64,000 bases of DNA from Nemertoderma westbladi (taxonomy: Eukaryota; Animalia; Xenacoelomorpha). This document shows positions 61,029 through 64,000 of this stretch, piece after piece; position 1 is the stretch's first letter, and each line of letters starts with the position of its first letter. Under the pieces are notes generated by a model that was given only the letters and a program-made list of their open reading frames with translations, was not told the DNA's origin and did not search any database. Location: the NCBI GenBank assembly GCA_032718475.1, contig JAUCBJ010008313.1:186001-250000 (forward strand), given 5' to 3'. Position numbers and translations under genes: made by a program.

Positions 61029-62038
61029 CCCTATTACCACTGGGGTGTTTTGACCATTAGCACCACTACTGGGGGGGGGGGGGGGGGGGGGGGGATTCGG
61101 CCCACGCACTATATTTTTGTAATCGTCCAATGAAATCCTACAAAATTTGGGCTGTTGGTGAAACAACTATAGATGAACACTACCAAACCTTAAAAAGTTA
61201 AAATTTCATAAGCAGGGAATCGTAATTTTGATGATAAATAAAAGTAGTCCCAGGACAAAATTACAAAATTTTTCCTTTTTCTAAAAACTAATAGTGTGGC
61301 AGTGTTGGCTAGATTTAGTAGGTTTTTCAAGACGCTGAATCGAATGTGATTATATTCCATTTCCAAAAATTGAAGTGGATGCTATTTTTCGTGCACCTAA
61401 TAAGTGGGCGTGGCACTTCAAATTTTGAAAAATTAGATATTCAGAAAATGCCCCTAATTTTTTATTTCAACGCATCTTTATAGGTTTTCTGGGCCGCTGA
61501 ATCGATTGAAAGTAATATAGAAGCCTGAAGACTTAGTGGTTCGCCATTTTTGGTGCACCAAAATTAGGGCGTGGCACTTCAAATTTTGAAAAATGAAATG
61601 AAACATTTTGGTGCAACAAAAATGGCGAACCACTAAGTCTTCAAGCTTCTATATTACTTTCAATCGATTCAGCGCTCCAGAAAACCAATAAAAACGCTTC
61701 GAAATCAAAACTTTAGTAAATTTTTCGAATAAAGTAATTTTGAAATTTTAAAGTGCCACGCCCTAATTTTGGTGCTCCAAAAATGACGTACCACTACACT
61801 TACATACTTGTATAGAGCATTAGAGTAATCCAAACCAATAAAAATAAATAAAAATAGCCCAAACATAAATAATTACTAAATCACGAATGACTTTGTATAA
61901 TTCGAAAATTTCAAAAAATTTGGTGCTGGAGACCAAATTTTAAGGTGGCACCCACATCTAAAATTGCAACGTCGTTTTTTTGCAAAAGATGCCCACACCC
62001 CACCTCCCCCCCCCCCCCCCCCCCCAGTGGTAATAGGG
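61029..62038. mobile_element. Non-autonomous piggyBac-type DNA transposon (MITE)
   Basis: TTAA at 61025-61028 and 62039-62042; 17-bp TIRs CCCTATTACCACTGGGG / CCCCAGTGGTAATAGGG; long internal inverted repeats; no transposase. Confidence 0.9.
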
Positions 62039-62735
62039 TTAATATCACTCCTGATTGTCCGACATATATTTGAGATAATATTTTAGATAACACAATTACA
62101 CTGGTAGGCATGATATACCATTTTAGTTTTTTTAATTTCCCACTGTTTTAAGTTTTCAGATATACACTCTGTTGCTAAGTAACATAATAAATAGTCTTCT
62201 GGTGATGGTAGAGTTCTGGTGGTGGTAAAATGTTTGGTGCAGACTAAAATGTTGTTCCTTTAATTTATTTCAGTAATTAAATAAATATAATAATCAAAAA
62301 ATGATATACCGGTTACTATTGTACCAGTAGACTTTACTGCAGTACCGGTCCAGTACAGATAACCCTATTTCTACAATCAGCTACGGTACTGGTATATCAC
62401 TTACTTAAAGGCCTTCATAACTCTTATGTCCAGGGGTGATCCTAACAGAAAGGAGCAAAACTGGAAATAACAAATATAGTTACCGTAGAAACATCACCTA
62501 AATGTTATAATCGCTGAAATTTGTAATCTTTAATAATTATGTTAATACTCAAACAATGTCAGATTAAGAAATAAATATCAGCTCGATTTATATTCTTAAC
62601 CTTATCTAAAGTTACAGAAAGGCCACACTAATAAAATAAACATAATTTAACAAACTTTGGTGCATATTTTGTAACTAATTGTGAAATCGCTACACTAAAC
62701 TTGAATGCAGTCTCTATAGCAACAGGATTTAAAAA

Positions 62736-63080
62736 TCAGACAAAAAAGATTGTCTTTATTTCGTGTACTGTAATTGCGACAACAAGAAGTTGAGTCAATG
62801 TTGATATACTGGATTTTGCTAAATCTACAGCTTGCAAATTTATATATACAGGTTTAGTCTTGAATTCTTTACCTTGACTTTTATGAACTGTTATAGCATG
62901 CATCGTGACAAATGGAAATTGAGTTCGGGTACCCTTTTCAGCATATCTTTTACCCTTAAGTCTTGCTGTTATTGGAAATATTTGAACCCATGCAGGATTT
63001 ACCAACGATTTTGATTCCTCATCAATTTTCAAATCTGGTATATCTACGACAACATGGTTAATTGGAGGATTGTCACCCAT
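62736..63080 (-). pseudogene. Pif1-family (Helitron-like) helicase C-terminal fragment
   Basis: RTQFPFVTMHAITVHKSQGKEF matches the SF1B QFPL..A.TVHKSQG motifs. Confidence 0.75.
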
Positions 63081-63339
63081 TTGCAGAGCGTGAGCTGAGC
63101 ATGTTCAATAGTTTCTTAATATATCCAATTCCACTATTAATTATTACTAGAAAGGCATTTCCTGAAGGAAATGCAACCACGAAGCTAAGGAAAATTAAAC
63201 AAAGGGCCACAATTATGGTTTGTTGCTTAGCCTAGTTTAGTAGCATTTGCCAATAAATAACTTATATTCCTATGGAAACTAGAAATTCTCTGGAACTGTT
63301 GGTTTTACCTTTGAAAAAAGATTCAGTCCAGATTGTGGT

Positions 63340-64000
63340 TCAGATAACACATACCAAGTTTCAGAAAATATTGTAGTTTATGTCCAAATTACCGATTTTC
63401 TATCAAAATGCATCTGTTTGCAGTGGTTGTCATGGAAACTGAAAAATAGAACAATGTAATTCGGATGCAGAATAAGTCATATAATGGGGGTAGGTCTTGG
63501 TCCCAAGTCATAATACTATTAACTTGTGCTTCAAATAATCATTTTATAAATTTTAACATTTGTTTAGTCTTGTTGCTATGGTAACTGGATTTTCTAATTA
63601 ACCTCGAACGGCTTGGATATGGACCTTATATATTAGTTGCAAAACCCCAAGTTTATATATATTACAGTTTTGCTACAAATAGTGTATTGAATTTAGACTT
63701 GAATGATATAGACTTTAATAAACTCCAGTTACCATGGTAACAAGATATTTCTGGAATGATTTGAGTTTCACTAAAAGTTCCAACTAGTGGTCCAGATAAC
63801 ACATACCCAGTTTTGTAAAATTTTATCGCGAATTCTATGTCCAAATGAATAATTTTTGTATAATAACATCTGTTTTCTGCGGTTGTCATGGTAACTGAAA
63901 AATATAACAATGTAATTCGGATGCAGAATAAGTTATATAGTGGGGGTAGGGGTTGGTCCCAAGTCATAACAACTTGCCCTTAGGCTTCAAATTATCATTT
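63340..64000 (+). repeat. ~450-bp direct repeat running off the window end
   Basis: 63341-63545 matches 63793-64000 (CAGATAACACATACC..GTTGTCATGG..AACAATGTAATTCGGATGCAGAATAAGT..TGGTCCCAAGTCATAA). Confidence 0.8.

Overview
Repeat-dense eukaryotic DNA, probably from an invertebrate animal, made almost entirely of nested and decayed transposons. A 5'-truncated BEL/Pao retrotransposon (BEL-1, pol ~700-4158) has a 3' LTR (4200-40327) that received three insertions: two CRE-clade non-LTR elements and a 29.7-kb LTR-int-LTR-int-LTR array of a second BEL/Pao family (BEL-2, 10201-39878, AGGTC target duplication, 2.24-kb LTRs). BEL-2 is the most interesting object. After gag-pol it carries an extra ORF with a WRN/Mut-7/EXD-like DEDDy 3'-5' exonuclease and three CCHC knuckles, plus a small RG-rich ORF. 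Its interior holds an 18-bp palindrome (CCAAACCCGCGGGTTTGG) nine times, in different reading frames and in non-coding DNA. It also lacks a canonical tRNA primer-binding site. Downstream lie a Ulp1 protease relic, a tandem array of predicted kink-turn/UUCG hairpins, a third CRE relic, several LINEs (one near full length), a probable signal-peptide first exon of a host gene, a GalEa-like Copia 5' end interrupted by a piggyBac-type MITE, and a Pif1/Helitron helicase fragment. All calls are from reading the sequence by eye; no searches were run.
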